The translations under genes and the position numbers were made by a program. Below, piece by piece: positions 1-12,769 of a stretch of DNA of 64,000 nucleotides (position 1 is the stretch's first letter; every line of letters begins with the position of its first letter). Location: assembly GCA_000182565.2 (NCBI GenBank), contig KQ257452.1; one strand, 5' to 3'. The notes under the pieces were generated by a model. The model did no database searches. It saw only the letters and a list, made by a program, of their open reading frames with translations, and was not told the origin of the DNA. The DNA is from Spizellomyces punctatus DAOM BR117. Its lineage: Eukaryota.

Positions 1-2413
1 ACCCGACCAGTCGCCACCTCCATGAAAAAATCTGCGGCACTCTCTCCTGCAATATAATATATGTTAGCGCTTTTGTCTAAAATACCGATCTTTAATAGAC
101 CCACCTTCCCGCATAGTGAAGCCTATTCTCTCAAAATACTTGATGGCTTCGGCTCTATGACCAAAATAGATGATCCGTCCGCCCTTCCCGAGCAGTAGCA
201 GATCATCAAACTGGTTGAATGCGGCAGGTGACGGAGAGTGTACCACTGCAGCGATGGTCATGAACTGTTCGCGCGCAATAGTATGCAACAAACTGCAGAC
301 TTCGAATGATGTTGCAGAGTCCAATCCGCTGGTGGGTTCATCCAAGAATAAGACACTTGGAGCAGCCACAAGCTCCATCCCAATATTGACCCGCTTTCGT
401 TGACCACCACTAAAAGTGTGAACTGCTGCATAAGAGTCCACATCAAAGTAATCACTGCCACAGATGCTGAACGAACCTGATACCGCGTTCTTCTTCATTT
501 CCAATAACGTTATCCATAATGTGATCCAGTCCTAAAAACGATATCGTCTCCAAAACCAGATCCTTCTTTCTCTTGTTAGACCATTCAACCGGAAGTCGCA
601 TGAGAGCGGAATGCTACAAGGATGCAAATCCGAGTAAGATAATTTGCATCAGGTGATGGAGTACCTCGTCACACGAGCTCACCATCAGGATATCACGGAC
701 AGTCAGCTCTCGTAACATCACATCCTCCTGCGGAACAAATCCAATCAACTTGCGGTACTTTGAGAGTTCTTCCTCAATTCCATTGATGCGTATCGTCCCC
801 GAAGTACGTTTGGCTTTATTGGTAAGCAGAGAAACAAAAGTGGTTTTTCCTGCTCCACTGGGACCCATAACAGCGCAAAGACGGCCAGGTTTCAAGTCGC
901 CAGTGACTCCCTGTACGTGTGATCAGAGTTAGCAATGGCCTGCGGACGTCCTCAGCTCTTTAACATCCATTACCCTCATGATCTCGACGCCGGTGGGGAG
1001 GGTGAACCCCAGGTTCTCGAACTCAATTTCAAATCTCTTGTGTTCATCCGATTTTGCGGGTGGGGAGGACGCGTCACCAACAAAGTCTGGCACATCATGC
1101 TCATCTTCCGAGTCTGACTCCGCGTCGCCAACCAGCAATCCTGTCTTATTTGTTCCAGCCTCCATGATAGCCGCTTTTTGCTCCTCCTTCCCTGCCGCAC
1201 TTGCCATACTTGCATCCAGCCGTTTGCGATACTTTATATTGCGTTTCCTCACCATATACTTGCGGATTTGAAAAAAATGTCGACATTACCACAAAGACTG
1301 CGGCAAGCAAAATTAGGATCCCAATCCGCGAGACCGATTTTGTGCCCTCAGGGCAGTATGCTAAAAACGAGCAGCTGATGGGCTCCACCGAGCCGACTGG
1401 ACACCAGCTGCCGGATGGGCACACATGAACTTCGGCAGGGGTTGGACAGTAGAAGCCTGGACAGCAGTAGGCCGGCTGGTATGTATCTGGCGGACAAAGG
1501 AAACCTGGCGTGCACAAGTTCCGAGTGTTCTCAGTGCCATTGATATTGTCACCAGGCGTTTGGCAAAAGTGCCTAATAACAAAGAAGCGCGCGAGTTAGA
1601 AGCACGAATATTATGGTATCTAGAGCGTATCGACGTACCCAGCTGCACATGTCCAATTAGCTCGCAAATACGTGCAATTCAAGCCAGCTTGCTGTTAATG
1701 AAGCCTGTTAGCTGAAGATAATCTATTGGCATGCTACATAGGGGCGCACCTCCAGTGCAGAAGCCTGAGTCACATCTGCTGCCAGCACGCCTGCGGCCAA
1801 TAAAAGGGAAGACGTCTTCTTGTCGGAATCCATGCCTTTTACCAAATTATCCACCGCGGTTTGGTTACTGGAGAACTGATTAAGGGCATCTGAAACTGTC
1901 TGGTTCTGCGACTGCAAAGGCGTTAGCTAATGCAGTGTTTTTGGGGATCACTCAATATCGCAGACCAACCTGTCTCGAGGTTGTATTGTTGTTATTGTTG
2001 ATGGACGGAGGAACTTCCTGCCTGGTCACCTGATTTTCTGGAAGGAAATTGCCTTGTGGAGGGAAACGATCAGATGGCATTCCGGGAAACCTTTGCGGCG
2101 GCTGTTGACGATCAACTGGAGGGCCAAGCGGTGGGCCAAGCGGTGGGCCAAGCGGTGGGCCAACAGGCGGACCAACCGGCGGACCCACTGGCGGGCCATT
2201 TGGCGGTGAACCAAATGGCGGGCCAAATGGTGGCCCGGGTTCGAAGGGTGGTGAAGGAGGACCGGGTGGACCTGCTGCAGAAACGAATGGCCACGGTTCC
2301 CTCAACGTTTGGGGAGAGTGATCTTGGCGCCATCTTTGTCCGGCGAAGCTGCCGGATGCCATGGACACGGCGAAAAGGAATACAAGCAAGGTTGCCACAA
2401 CATGGCGATTCAT
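1..2413 (-). CDS. ABCG-type ABC transporter with N-terminal signal peptide, Gly/Pro-rich repeats and Cys-rich ectodomain (3' end runs off the window)
   Basis: Exons encode Walker A (GPSGAGKTT), FVPQEDVM, signature SGGQRKRVNIGMEL, Walker B LFLDEPTSGLDS, H-loop VVHSP and NPADFFMEV. Upstream are CPxGxYCP repeats and a TM helix. Signal-peptide-like MNRHVVATLLVFLFAVSMA starts at 2413. Confidence 0.88.
2118..2239 (-). repeat. 12-bp coding tandem repeat (GPPV/GPPL/GPPF units)
   Basis: GGGCCAAGCGGT x3 plus degenerate copies on the + strand; encodes GPPVGPPVGPPVGPPLGPPLGPPLGPPV on the - strand. Confidence 0.9.
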
Positions 2414-3130
2414 CGCTGCACAGTACGAGTTTGAACGGGTGGGGTTTGCGTAAACGGGGGTTCCATCACCCGTCGTCGAAAATAATAAAAACGACGACAA
2501 GCGTTTTGAGGTTGTGCTTTGCTGGCTGAACACGAGGCTCAGCAAGCGCACAGCTTCTTTTGCACAGCCTCCACCATCAATTTCTTTTTGTCCAGATTTG
2601 TCCGAAAATGAACTGCACTGCCACCCGGCGCTGATGAGGTAAGCAGGCGGGGCTTTCGGCGCGAACGGAGTGGGGCGGGCGGGCATTGTGAACGGAGGAA
2701 CCGAGCTTACGACTGTTCCTAAAGCAGGCAAGCTTTGGAATATTGGCATACCAGGGGTCTCTTTGGAGAGTAGAGAATGGTGAATTCACATACGTTGTCT
2801 GTGCGTCAAAGAGTACTCATCAGCACACCCAGGGAACCGACCACAGCCTCCAAAAGGGTGGTTTCAGGGTTGCTTCAATGTTCGGCTTTGGCAAGATGTT
2901 ATCCTCAGCATTGAATTATCAAGGGCATTAATGTGCAGCAATGCCCGCAGGTGCAGCCACTGGAAGGATCCATCAGTGTCCCAGTGTCGTAAGCAGTCAG
3001 GCTATCATATGGTTGGCCCAGTCCGAGCAAAGATCAAAAAGTGACCCACCCTCATTTGTCCGCATCATCTTTGAAAAACCTAGTAAAAACCACACAGAAA
3101 TAGTGAACGACCAGTGTCCTTTAGCAAAAC

Positions 3131-4620
3131 ATGCTTGCGGTTTCGCCATCATCATCTCGAGCATGTTCACCTGCTCCTCCACCAGGCTCGGCAACTTCTC
3201 GTCGGAAGCCAGTGGGGAAATACCGTGGAATGGAAGCCGATACAATGAGTCGATGCGACTCCATCATGACCGATACCTCTACTTCCAGTAGATGGTCGCG
3301 AGGGTTTCGTTTTCGACGCAACACTGGCTCTATCAGAAGGTGCAAGTCCTTCAGTTTGCTAATGGTTCTTTATTTGCTTTGCCTAAAACCACTTTTGTAG
3401 TACCACATCTACCATGAGCAGTCGACAAAAATTGACGCAATTGTTCAAGCGTCTGGCTTTGCGTTTGGGTGTCGGAAGTAACCTCTCCAGCTATGACTTG
3501 AGCATGGAGTCTCAGCATTCAGTTCCGACAAGCTCAGCTGCCTCAGTGGCGGCAATGCAACTGGACGACATCTCCATCAGATGGGGATCTACCTCACGTC
3601 GATACGGAGGAGCCGGAGTCTCCAATATACGCCCCAGTGGTCCTAGACGTATGCAATCTGATGATGCTGCGGCTGTCTGGGCCAATGTGATCGCCAAGTA
3701 AGGACCACCAATGTTATTACAAACGGGTTCTGCTTTTTTAACACTCGCTGTGAAGGCATGCTCATACAACAAAAGGGAGTGCACAGGCACGGGCGTTTCG
3801 TCATTTACTGCAAGAAAGGGACGACGCTCGTGCAGAATGTGTTCGCCTAAAATCATCTGTGGGCAAGCAGGTGCCCAATGGTACTGACACTTTGGGGGAA
3901 ATAGGGAGAATTTGTGGGGATTTGAAAGTGGCATTGAGTTCTTTCAAAGAAAGTTTGCCAGCAAAAGACGCCATTGCAGCACCAGATACAACCGTAGCCC
4001 CGCTGGAGGCTATATATTCTAGACTTGAGGAGCTAACGCAGGCGCTCGAGGTAAGCGTGAAAATGAAAGCATTCGATGTGAACATGGGTATTAAGCGCAA
4101 CACAATGTACCAGCGTGTCATCGAGCCTCAAACCAATAACGAACCCACGAAACCGGTCATCCGAAAGCCATCTGCAAAACCCACCGCTCCATCTCCTCGC
4201 GTCTCACGCCAAAGTTCAGTACGTACCCTAGCGGACACAGCACAAGCCACCCGCATACCGACGCCTGCCTCACAGATGCACACTGAGCAAGGGCAGGATC
4301 TGAGCAATGCGCCACCCACGGAACAACCACCGTCTCAACTGATCACCGCCTTGCCCGACAACAAAACCACTACCGAGGATTCTGATACTTTTGCGCGTGA
4401 CTTGTGTGGCAGAATTGAGAAGGTCTTTGCTGGGAACGAAAACGTGGAAGAGGCAGCTCATGTGGTTACGCCTACACCCAAGGTTCAACCACGCCCCCCT
4501 CGCCGTACTCGCACACTAATTGTCCGCAAGGAGCGAGAACAACCTGATGGCGGGAAGCCCATGGAAGGCTCTGATACTGATAACATCAAAAACGATGACG
4601 TCGTAGCAAGTACATCTTAG
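3131..4620 (+). CDS. Hypothetical Ser/Pro-rich protein with a central coiled-coil-like segment (about 3 exons)
   Basis: ORFs 3131-3400, 3414-3701 and 3859-4620 join through GT-AG introns (~3341-3400, ~3697-3755); no family recognised. Confidence 0.6.
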
Positions 4621-4662
4621 TCCGCGGCCAGTTTCGTGATACGCAAGCTATACACGTCCATC

Positions 4663-6066
4663 TCAAACTGAATATATTTTGCGCAACTCCTCCGTGGTCG
4701 TTGGAAGAAACGTAATAGGGCACCGCTCATGCTCCTCCACGTACTTGTAAATACATGGATAGCAGAAGACATAGCCAGATGGTAACATGGTGGGGTTTGT
4801 TCGTTGTTTTGTACAGAGAGGGCATATTGAAGGATCGGTAGGCAGAGGCACACCTGCAGGATTTGGCTGGACGAAAATTGTGTAAGGTGCTATGCTAATC
4901 CGCAGGGCAACACAAATATATACCTCAAGAGGTTTTGGTGGTGGTGGTATTGGTTGATTGCCCGCTTGTTTATGGTACTCGGAAGTGTACCACCATTCCA
5001 GGAATTTGAAAAAGAATATAGACATTGGCAATGCGTATTTGAGAAAGTCAAACCCTCGTGACACAATGGTTGCGAGCAAGTGTCGCAGGACACGAAGGCG
5101 GGATGCATTTTGTAATGCCGCTTCACTCGCTTTTTTAAGGACTTGTTGGCGATCTTCATGATCCCGCTACATGACAAACGGCATTAATTTTGAAAGTGGG
5201 GTTTTGAAACATTTTCGACTTACATAGTCCTTTGCACCCATTCGGCGGATTTGGAGTCCGCACAGATGAAGCCATGGTGAATAATAGTCCGTCTTGCCAT
5301 ACATGTAGCCAATTTGATACACAAAGATAAAGGCCTGATAGCTGGCGTTTATGTAGGGATATGTCCGTTGGAAGATTTTCTTTGCCAATTTTCGTAAACG
5401 GATGGGCAGCGGTTCCTATTTTACGAATTAGCTTCACTTGGATACGCAGATTCGTGCTTGATACAACCTCCAATGTGCTCCCCTCCTCGACGTTCGAAAA
5501 GAGGTCACCAAATATACGGCTTCCGGGTCCACCTGTAGTGCTCTCGTACAGCTCATCCAGCTTGGTCTTGGCATACGGAAGGGCAACCTGAACCAAACGT
5601 AACGGGTTACCTATGTGGCGCAGACAAAGACATAGGATGTATGCACGAACCAAAAGTACTAAAGATCGCCATATTTGGGAAGAGCTCAAATGTTCAAGAC
5701 CCTTCCTTCGTCGAGTTGGACCTGCTGCAGACCGTTTCAGGCCATAAAAGTGCTCTGCAAAAGAGGCATCTGCAAACAGATACATAAGCAAGCGCACACA
5801 TCGACCAATTTCAAGGTCATCATAGATCTGAACGTACTCCACTCTCTTAGGTAGTGCTGCTCTATTAACAGCATGAGAATTGCAAAAACTTCATCGTGTC
5901 TGTTCACCAGACGGAGAAGATGTCGTGGATATCTCTGTGCGTAAACTGCCAGAACATAGCGTAGTGCAGGCTTCAATAGGTCCCGCATTTTGTCTTGAGC
6001 AATCAACTCGAATACCGAGGGACGATAGACATCTGCGGCAGCCCCAATATTGCTTAAATACTCCAT
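4663..6066 (-). CDS. PEX12: Peroxin 12 (peroxisomal RING E3 subunit)
   Basis: N-terminal RPSVFELIAQDKMRDLLKPALRY, ASFAEHFYGLKR, FFFKFLEWWY, and a C-terminal degenerate RING CPLC...SGYVFCYPCI...CPIT. Confidence 0.95.
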
Positions 6067-6142
6067 CTTTAATGAAAATTGCAATCAGAGAAGCGCAAGA
6101 AGTCCAAACACCAGATTTGCAGTTGAAGGCTGGCCTGCTGTG

Positions 6143-6167
6143 TGAGTCAACCTGTTGCTATGGTTAT
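6143..6167. promoter_or_regulatory. TGAGTCA plus X-box-like element in the PEX12/BAF60 divergent promoter
   Basis: TGAGTCA at 6143-6149 and GTTGCTATGGTTAT at 6154-6167. Confidence 0.5.
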
Positions 6168-6321
6168 CGCTATAACGCGACGAGTCTGGCTCTCGTAACG
6201 CAACTTTTGTTGAGATCATTGGCAGGCTTTAGCCCTCTGAAAGCAGAACAACCCAAGAAACTTATTCACTGAATATCGATACTCAGCGTAACACCTTTGG
6301 GAACGGGCTGCGGCGGACACA

Positions 6322-8463
6322 ATGACCTCTTTGCCACCTTACGGGAGTCCTGCTGGCCTGGGCCGCGGAGGAGCTATGGGCGGAAGTGTGCCCCATTCAT
6401 ACGCATCACCGTTCAATGTCCCTGGAGGAGGCGCAGGAATGCCCTCAAATACACCAGCTCAGGTTGGAATACGCCCGGAAAAGGTGGCGCCTAAAAAAGC
6501 AGCCAGGCCATCAGTGTGATACCATACGCTAATGTGCTAAATTATGCCCTCTCCGTACTAGTTCTATCAACGATCTGCACCGGGACCAATGCCGTCTGGA
6601 CTTGCTGCGAGTCCCGTTCCGGCGCCAGCTCCTTCTGCTATGATGCCCAAGCGCCCAGCAGAAACAGCGCCTTCAGGAAAACCAAAGTAAACGAAGTATT
6701 TCGAGTGTCGTCTTTAGAGATCGTCTTCCTTACACCATATCTTTTTTCAGACGAAAGCGACCAGCAGATCGAGTGCTACCAAAGAAGGCAAGCATACTGC
6801 GTCGCGCCGCTTATCATAGAAACTCGTCTAATGTCCAATTTATGCAGATAGAGGCATATATACCAGAGTCGAGACTTTACACACAATTACAAGAGGTCGA
6901 GAAAAAGTTGGATGCTACCATCAGTCGGAAGAAACTGGACATGATGGAGCAGAAAAATCAGCTAAAGGTATGAAATCGATGCAAATAAGGTACGGCCCCG
7001 GACATTTATCTTACGTGCTCCACAGCCCTCGAAACGCACATTACGAATATTTCTATCCAACTTATCTTCCGATCAATACGTGGAGATGAATCCTTTGAGT
7101 GAAAATGAGGATGTATTTAGTTTGGAAAGTATGCGAGCTCCGTCATGGACGCTACGAATTGAAGGGCGACTTCTAGACGTAGGTCTTGGAAAGAGCGATC
7201 GATTTGGGCATATGTTGACAATTTGTATCAGCTCCCGAATAGCCGAAAACCGCAGGCAAATCCACCAAAGTTTTCAACTTTTGTGCGATCGGTAATTGTG
7301 GAGCTACAACGCGACAAGGATCTATACCCTGAAGGCAACATCATAGAGGTATGTTACGCAAGTGAACCTTCATGTGAACAAGCACTGATCACTATTTGAA
7401 AACCAGTGGCATCGAGGAGAAGGGTCTCCTGACTGCGACGGCTTCGAGATCAAGAGAAAGGGCGACAGCGATGTCAACGCAAAGATCTTGATCTACCTCG
7501 ATCACAAGCCTGAGAAGGTTAAACTCTCAACGTCGTTGTCGAAGCTTTTGGACATACATACGGACACTCCCACCAATGTCATCATGGCCTTGTGGCAGTA
7601 TGTGAAGGTTGGTTGCGGTGGATAAAGCTTCCAGCATACAGCATCTGATGAGTTCGGTCTGGTAGTCTCAAAAGCTACAGGATCCTGATGACAAACGGTT
7701 TATCAACTGCGACGAACAATTGCGACAGGTAATTATGTCTGACTACACAGGATGGAAGAGATGTCCTTAATGAATAGGGACCTTTGCCATAGATTTTGGG
7801 TCAACCAAGGATAACGTTTGCACACATGCCCGAACTATTGCGTGCGCATTTCGCTCCTCCCGACCCTATTGTGCTGGAATACACAGTAAGGTATTGTCGG
7901 GCGTCGTCTGCTACTATTGACGCATTTGGATCTAATCTCGGACAGTAGAACGGATAAGGAGCAGAACGTATCGCAGTTCGCGTATGATGTTGAGGTTGAA
8001 GTACCTAACCCTATGCGAGAACGTCTGGAGCAGACGCTGGTATCAAATCCTCAACTTCAAAGGGACATTGGGCAGTTGGATGATAAGGTTAGTTTTCAAA
8101 AGTTTGGAAGCCAGCAATTAGGTCGCGGAATACTTATTGCATGCCTACCGTGCCATGTAGATTACCACCTTGATACAAACAATCAACCATTGCAAGCTGA
8201 AACGAGATTTTATGCTCTCGTTTGCTAACGACCCTATTGGGTTCCTCAACCAATGGATGGCCAGTCAGAGCCGGGACCTGGAGGTACACAACTACAAGCT
8301 TGGTGGCGACGTAGGAGATGTATCTGACCTCATGACTTTCCTTTAGGTAATTCTTGGCGACACGCGATTCAACCTGGAAGAGACACGGAGAGCAACCTTC
8401 TTCGATCATTCTGTCGTGCAGGAGGCTGTTTTCCATCATTTGCGACAAAAAGATATCGAATGA
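6322..8463 (+). CDS. SNF12: SWI/SNF-RSC subunit BAF60/SMARCD (SWIB domain; Snf12/Rsc6 family)
   Basis: [58 protein letters not shown]...[13 protein letters not shown], and C-terminal [11 protein letters not shown]. Confidence 0.93.
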
Positions 8464-8639
8464 TTATTGGGTTTGTCGACGATTATATTTAATCTGACAG
8501 ATTGTCGCCAGTAAAAAAATAGTACAAAAGTAAAACCTTAACGACCAAACGCATTATCTATGTGCAGTGGATAAGTTAAGTAACAGTCCCCATCAGTCGG
8601 GCAATTCTGTACAAGATATCAGTGATGATGTCGAAGATC

Positions 8640-10217
8640 TTATTTAAAACGCTTATAGTCGTGCGTTTCCACTTCCTTCCGTCTGTATTTCAAGCGTTTT
8701 CTGTAATTTTGATTGATGACGTTAGTTAATGGGTAGCTGAAGGGATACGCCGTGCCCGTTTGTGCTACTTACGAAACAGGCACTCGAGCTTCAATCAAAC
8801 TTCGCTTCTGCAAGCTAAGGAAACGATCTTTGAACAGGTTACCCTCAGGCTTCAACTCCCGCAGGGAATCCGGAAGATCCTCGGTCAGTTGTACGTCCAT
8901 TGGTAATGCCTTAAACCTATGATATATGTCTGTGTCAGATTACAATGTTCTGCTGGCACATGCTGGCTTCACCGGGAGGTTGTATACTCACAGATGGGGT
9001 CCCAACCGCTTTGTCTCCCGCTTAGCCTTCTCTTCCTGCAATTTTGCTCGTTCCTCTAATTGCCTTTGTTGCTCCCGCTCCTGCTGCGTTACTACCTTGT
9101 TTATCTCACCAAGCCGATTGAGCTGCTTTGCTAATAGCTTTTCCTCGCGCTGCTTCTCTGCCTCCCGCTCCTTGGCCGCCCGTCTTAGTTCCTTGTTACG
9201 TTGTGCCTTCGTTTTTCGTGCTTCGGTCACCATTCTGGTATGACTCAGACCATCATCTTTTGATGACGTGGCCGCCGCTGTCTCCACACCTCCGTCCTCT
9301 TGCTCCCCGTTCTCTTCTTCATCATCTGAGTCACCAAAGAAGGTTTCATCATCTAAATTATCTAACTCGGCAGGATATGAAAGCTTCTTTAATGTGTGCT
9401 CCTTTTGCTTCAGTTTCGCAACCTCCTCATCAACAGCATTTCGTAGGGCTCGCTGGTGGTCGTCAAAGCTTGGGTTATAAGATGCACCCTCATGTGTGAG
9501 TTCCACAGCAGGTATCGCAATTGGCTTTTCTACAGGTAGATTTGGTTTTTTCACGGGCTTCGGTTTGGTAACTTCAAGGTATTCAGTAGAATCGTCAACA
9601 ACATCCGTGACTGCCCACAGATCAAAACCTCCCTTCTTCTGTGCCAATTTCCGTCTTTTTTCCGCCAGTCGCCTGGCCCTCTCCTCTGCAGCAGCTCCCA
9701 CGCTCGCAGCACCAGTCTCTAATTTCCGTTTCGCCAAGCGGTCAATCAAAGCCGCGTTTGTTTTTGATGCTTGTCTCACTTTCACGCCAGGTACCTCGAC
9801 TTTGACCGTCGACTTTGCAGTGCTTCGTGAGGTTACGCCAGAAAGTGCGGAACTCGGCGTTAGGATTTCATCGATACGAAGCTTTGAGTGTTTGTAGCGG
9901 CGCTTAATTTCGGCATCCCCAGCCTTATCGGTGAAAAAGAGAGCGTTGTCTGCCTTTTTATGGAGAGGACCGCTGTTAACAATTATAAGCGTCAGCATGA
10001 CGTCTGATAGCAGATGCCCTTCCCGTTCCAGTTCCTTTCAGCACATGCTTCCACCGAGTCCCATTCCTCAAACCACCTACCCGAGACGCTCTTCACTTCT
10101 CAGTTCATGCAGTTGTTCCTCCACTTCGGTCACATCCACATTTTTTCTCCATGCTTTCTTGCCTTTGCGGCTAGGCTTGGCAGCCTTTTTGGTTGTTGTA
10201 CTTGTCTCTACAGACAT
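8640..10217 (-). CDS. NOP53: Ribosome biogenesis protein Nop53/GLTSCR2
   Basis: SRKGKKAWRKNVD, LFFTDKAGD, GASYNPSFDDH, LRELKPEGNLFKDRFLSLQKRSLIEAR. Confidence 0.95.
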
Positions 10218-10500
10218 TGTTCCGATGGTGTTAAAAGTTGAGTTCAGCAAAGGTTGAAGACGGAAAGATGTCAAAAAGAAATAAAATGCACAGTCACATT
10301 TCAACAGAGTGCTTGTGCCACTCAGCGCTGCGCAAGCTTTGAAAGCCAAAAACGAAGGTTTTTTATTCTAATCATTAGCTCAACCATTTTCTGCAGCACG
10401 CTTAGGATCGCTAAAGAAACGAAATTCCGCTGGCGGGGTATGAGACAGGTACCATAACGAGTCTGCCTCGTGGCATTCCCGCTTGATTGTGGTAGCAGGG

Positions 10501-12092
10501 ATGAACTTTGGAAAGGATGTAAGTGTCATCCGATCGGGGATGTCTCTATGTGATGATGCAAAAGAAAATTATTAACTCTGTCGACATTGGCAACCTTAGT
10601 TCAGCGAGCTCATGGCTGAGGCTGATCAGACGACGTCACAATTGGAACGGGAAAGGCGCGAGCTGGCGAGAAGGAAGGCTGCGGAAGCTGAACGTGAGCG
10701 ACGTCTGCAAGCCGACGATGCCAAACGTAAAAAGGAACTTCAATCGAAACTGAAATCATCAGCGTCGTCCAACGGTGCGAAGGATTCTCGTTCTGCCAGC
10801 ACATCCGGCCGAAAATCAAGAATAGACGAGCGCAAGAGCCTAGGGGATGAGAAAAAGAAGAAGCCAGCGGGAGGATACAAGAGTGATTTTCTGGAACTTA
10901 TGAAAGAAGCCGAGAAAGTATCCTCGCAGCATAAGAACCTTCTGGAAAAGGGTGCCTCTCGTATAGGTCCAGAACAAGTTATTGAAAAAAAGACTTCAGG
11001 CGAGAGACCCAAAACCTCTGCAGACTTACGTCTTGCAAGGGCACGGAGTCGCACCGAGTCGAAAAATGGGACAGGGAAGCCGGTGAAAGTAGATAGTTTG
11101 AAGACACAGAGAGGATCATTGCGAAGCCAGATAGGCTCACCGAGTGGTAGCGAGGTGGGAAGGCGGTCCGGTGCGCATGAAAAGGTCTCATTGACATCGT
11201 CAAAGGCGCGATTAGACAGTCAGCCCGCTCGGCGTGGAACGTCACCAAACGTGACTTCTCAGGGAGTGTTAAGCAAAAAGAAACCTGATACCGACATCAG
11301 CTCTGTCCGACGGGGAAGTCCCCAAACTGGTAATGCCACAAAGAGAACCTTAACAGATGTTCGCACGAAGGTTGACGTTGCGGGTAAAGCAAGCATTCGA
11401 AAGGAGACCAGTGACTCAAAATTATCATCAACCTACATGGGATCTTCTGAGGAAAAGGGCCGACGAGCTGGGGACACTGGAACAAAAGCTAGGAGCATAA
11501 CGTCGTCTGCGGTTTCCTCGGATAGGGTTAGATCAGCCCCGAGTTCTGTCAAACGTGGACATGATAATGACAGGGACCAAACAATACGGAAAAGGCAGGA
11601 CGATGCGGAGGTTGTGAGCAAGAAGCGCCGGCGATCTGCGGATGCTGCTTCGGATACCAAGTCAGGGGACGGTTTTCGCCGTCCGTACGATATAGATCCC
11701 GATATACAAGCCCTTCGATCTGGAAAAACCTCAGTTGGTGATTTGATCTGGGGTATCTTTGGCAGAAACAAGCGAGAGTAAGTTCTCAGCTTTGACATCG
11801 AGAAGCTAGCTTTCAAGGATATTTACCATTTACTCTAGATATGTCGGGAGGGACGATCTGGATGACAGCGACATGGAGGCCGATATGCGTTCCATTCAGC
11901 GAGAGGAAGCTCGAAGGTATGTGCAGTACCGAGTCACCGAGTCACCTGCAGCGTCGTACTTTTACGTGAACGCTAATCCACTATCCTGCTGCTGACAGTG
12001 CGAGATTAGGAAGACGCGAGGACGAGGACATTGAACGGCAGGAAGAAGAAGCAGAGAAAAGAAGGCGACTGGGAAAGAAGGCAAAAAAGTAA
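10501..12092 (+). CDS. SPT2: Chromatin protein SPT2-like
   Basis: 18-nt first exon (MNFGKD), then FSELMAEA, a Lys/Ser-rich low-complexity middle, and C-terminal IWGIFGRNKRE...DSDMEADMRSIQREEARSARLGRREDE. Confidence 0.85.
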
Positions 12093-12769
12093 TTCATCGC
12101 ACATAATACGGACATTGCTGGTGTGCAGTATATTTGTAATTAGGGATGTATATTTATATCAGATATATTTAAGCAGAGTACAGGCTTCGTTGGGCAGGCA
12201 ATCCTTTGTGCATGCTTTTAATAAACTTGCAGGCATCTGTGAAATGAAATATTTCAAATTTCAACCGTCAACGGAATTGTCTGCAGCACCTCCAATAACC
12301 ACGATAATTTGAAGCATCTGTTTGGTTGCATTATTCGTTGACAGCTGCCGAATACCAATCATTCATCTTGGCAGCGTTTACTTGGCCGTACATGCGATCG
12401 CGGGTTCAGTCGCCGGCAAACAGCCGCGGCGGTTGCCCAACGACCGTCGCCTTAACCGTGCTTACGGAAGCGGTGTGACGTCACTTTCATCTTATCAGCG
12501 ATGGTTGATATGGCAACAAGAACAAGCAAGAGGCACGTGATACATGGTGTGGGCACGCGGACAAGGCGGACCTGCTGGGAGCTGCCTCTCCGCCTTGCTT
12601 GCGCCTTTGACCATCACGAAAACGGCCGTTGGTTCCCCTTCGCACTCCATCTTGTCGTTGTATCTCAGGGTTGAGGACGTAGGCGAATACCACCTGAACC
12701 AAGTTGAAGTGCCCGAGCGACTCTGTTTGCGCGCATTTATCCAAGCGGCGAACCCGAACTGTCGACGAC

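Noticed and set aside
2118-2239. Tandem repeats as a CRISPR-like array
   Set aside because: No unique spacers, the repeat is coding, and the context is eukaryotic.
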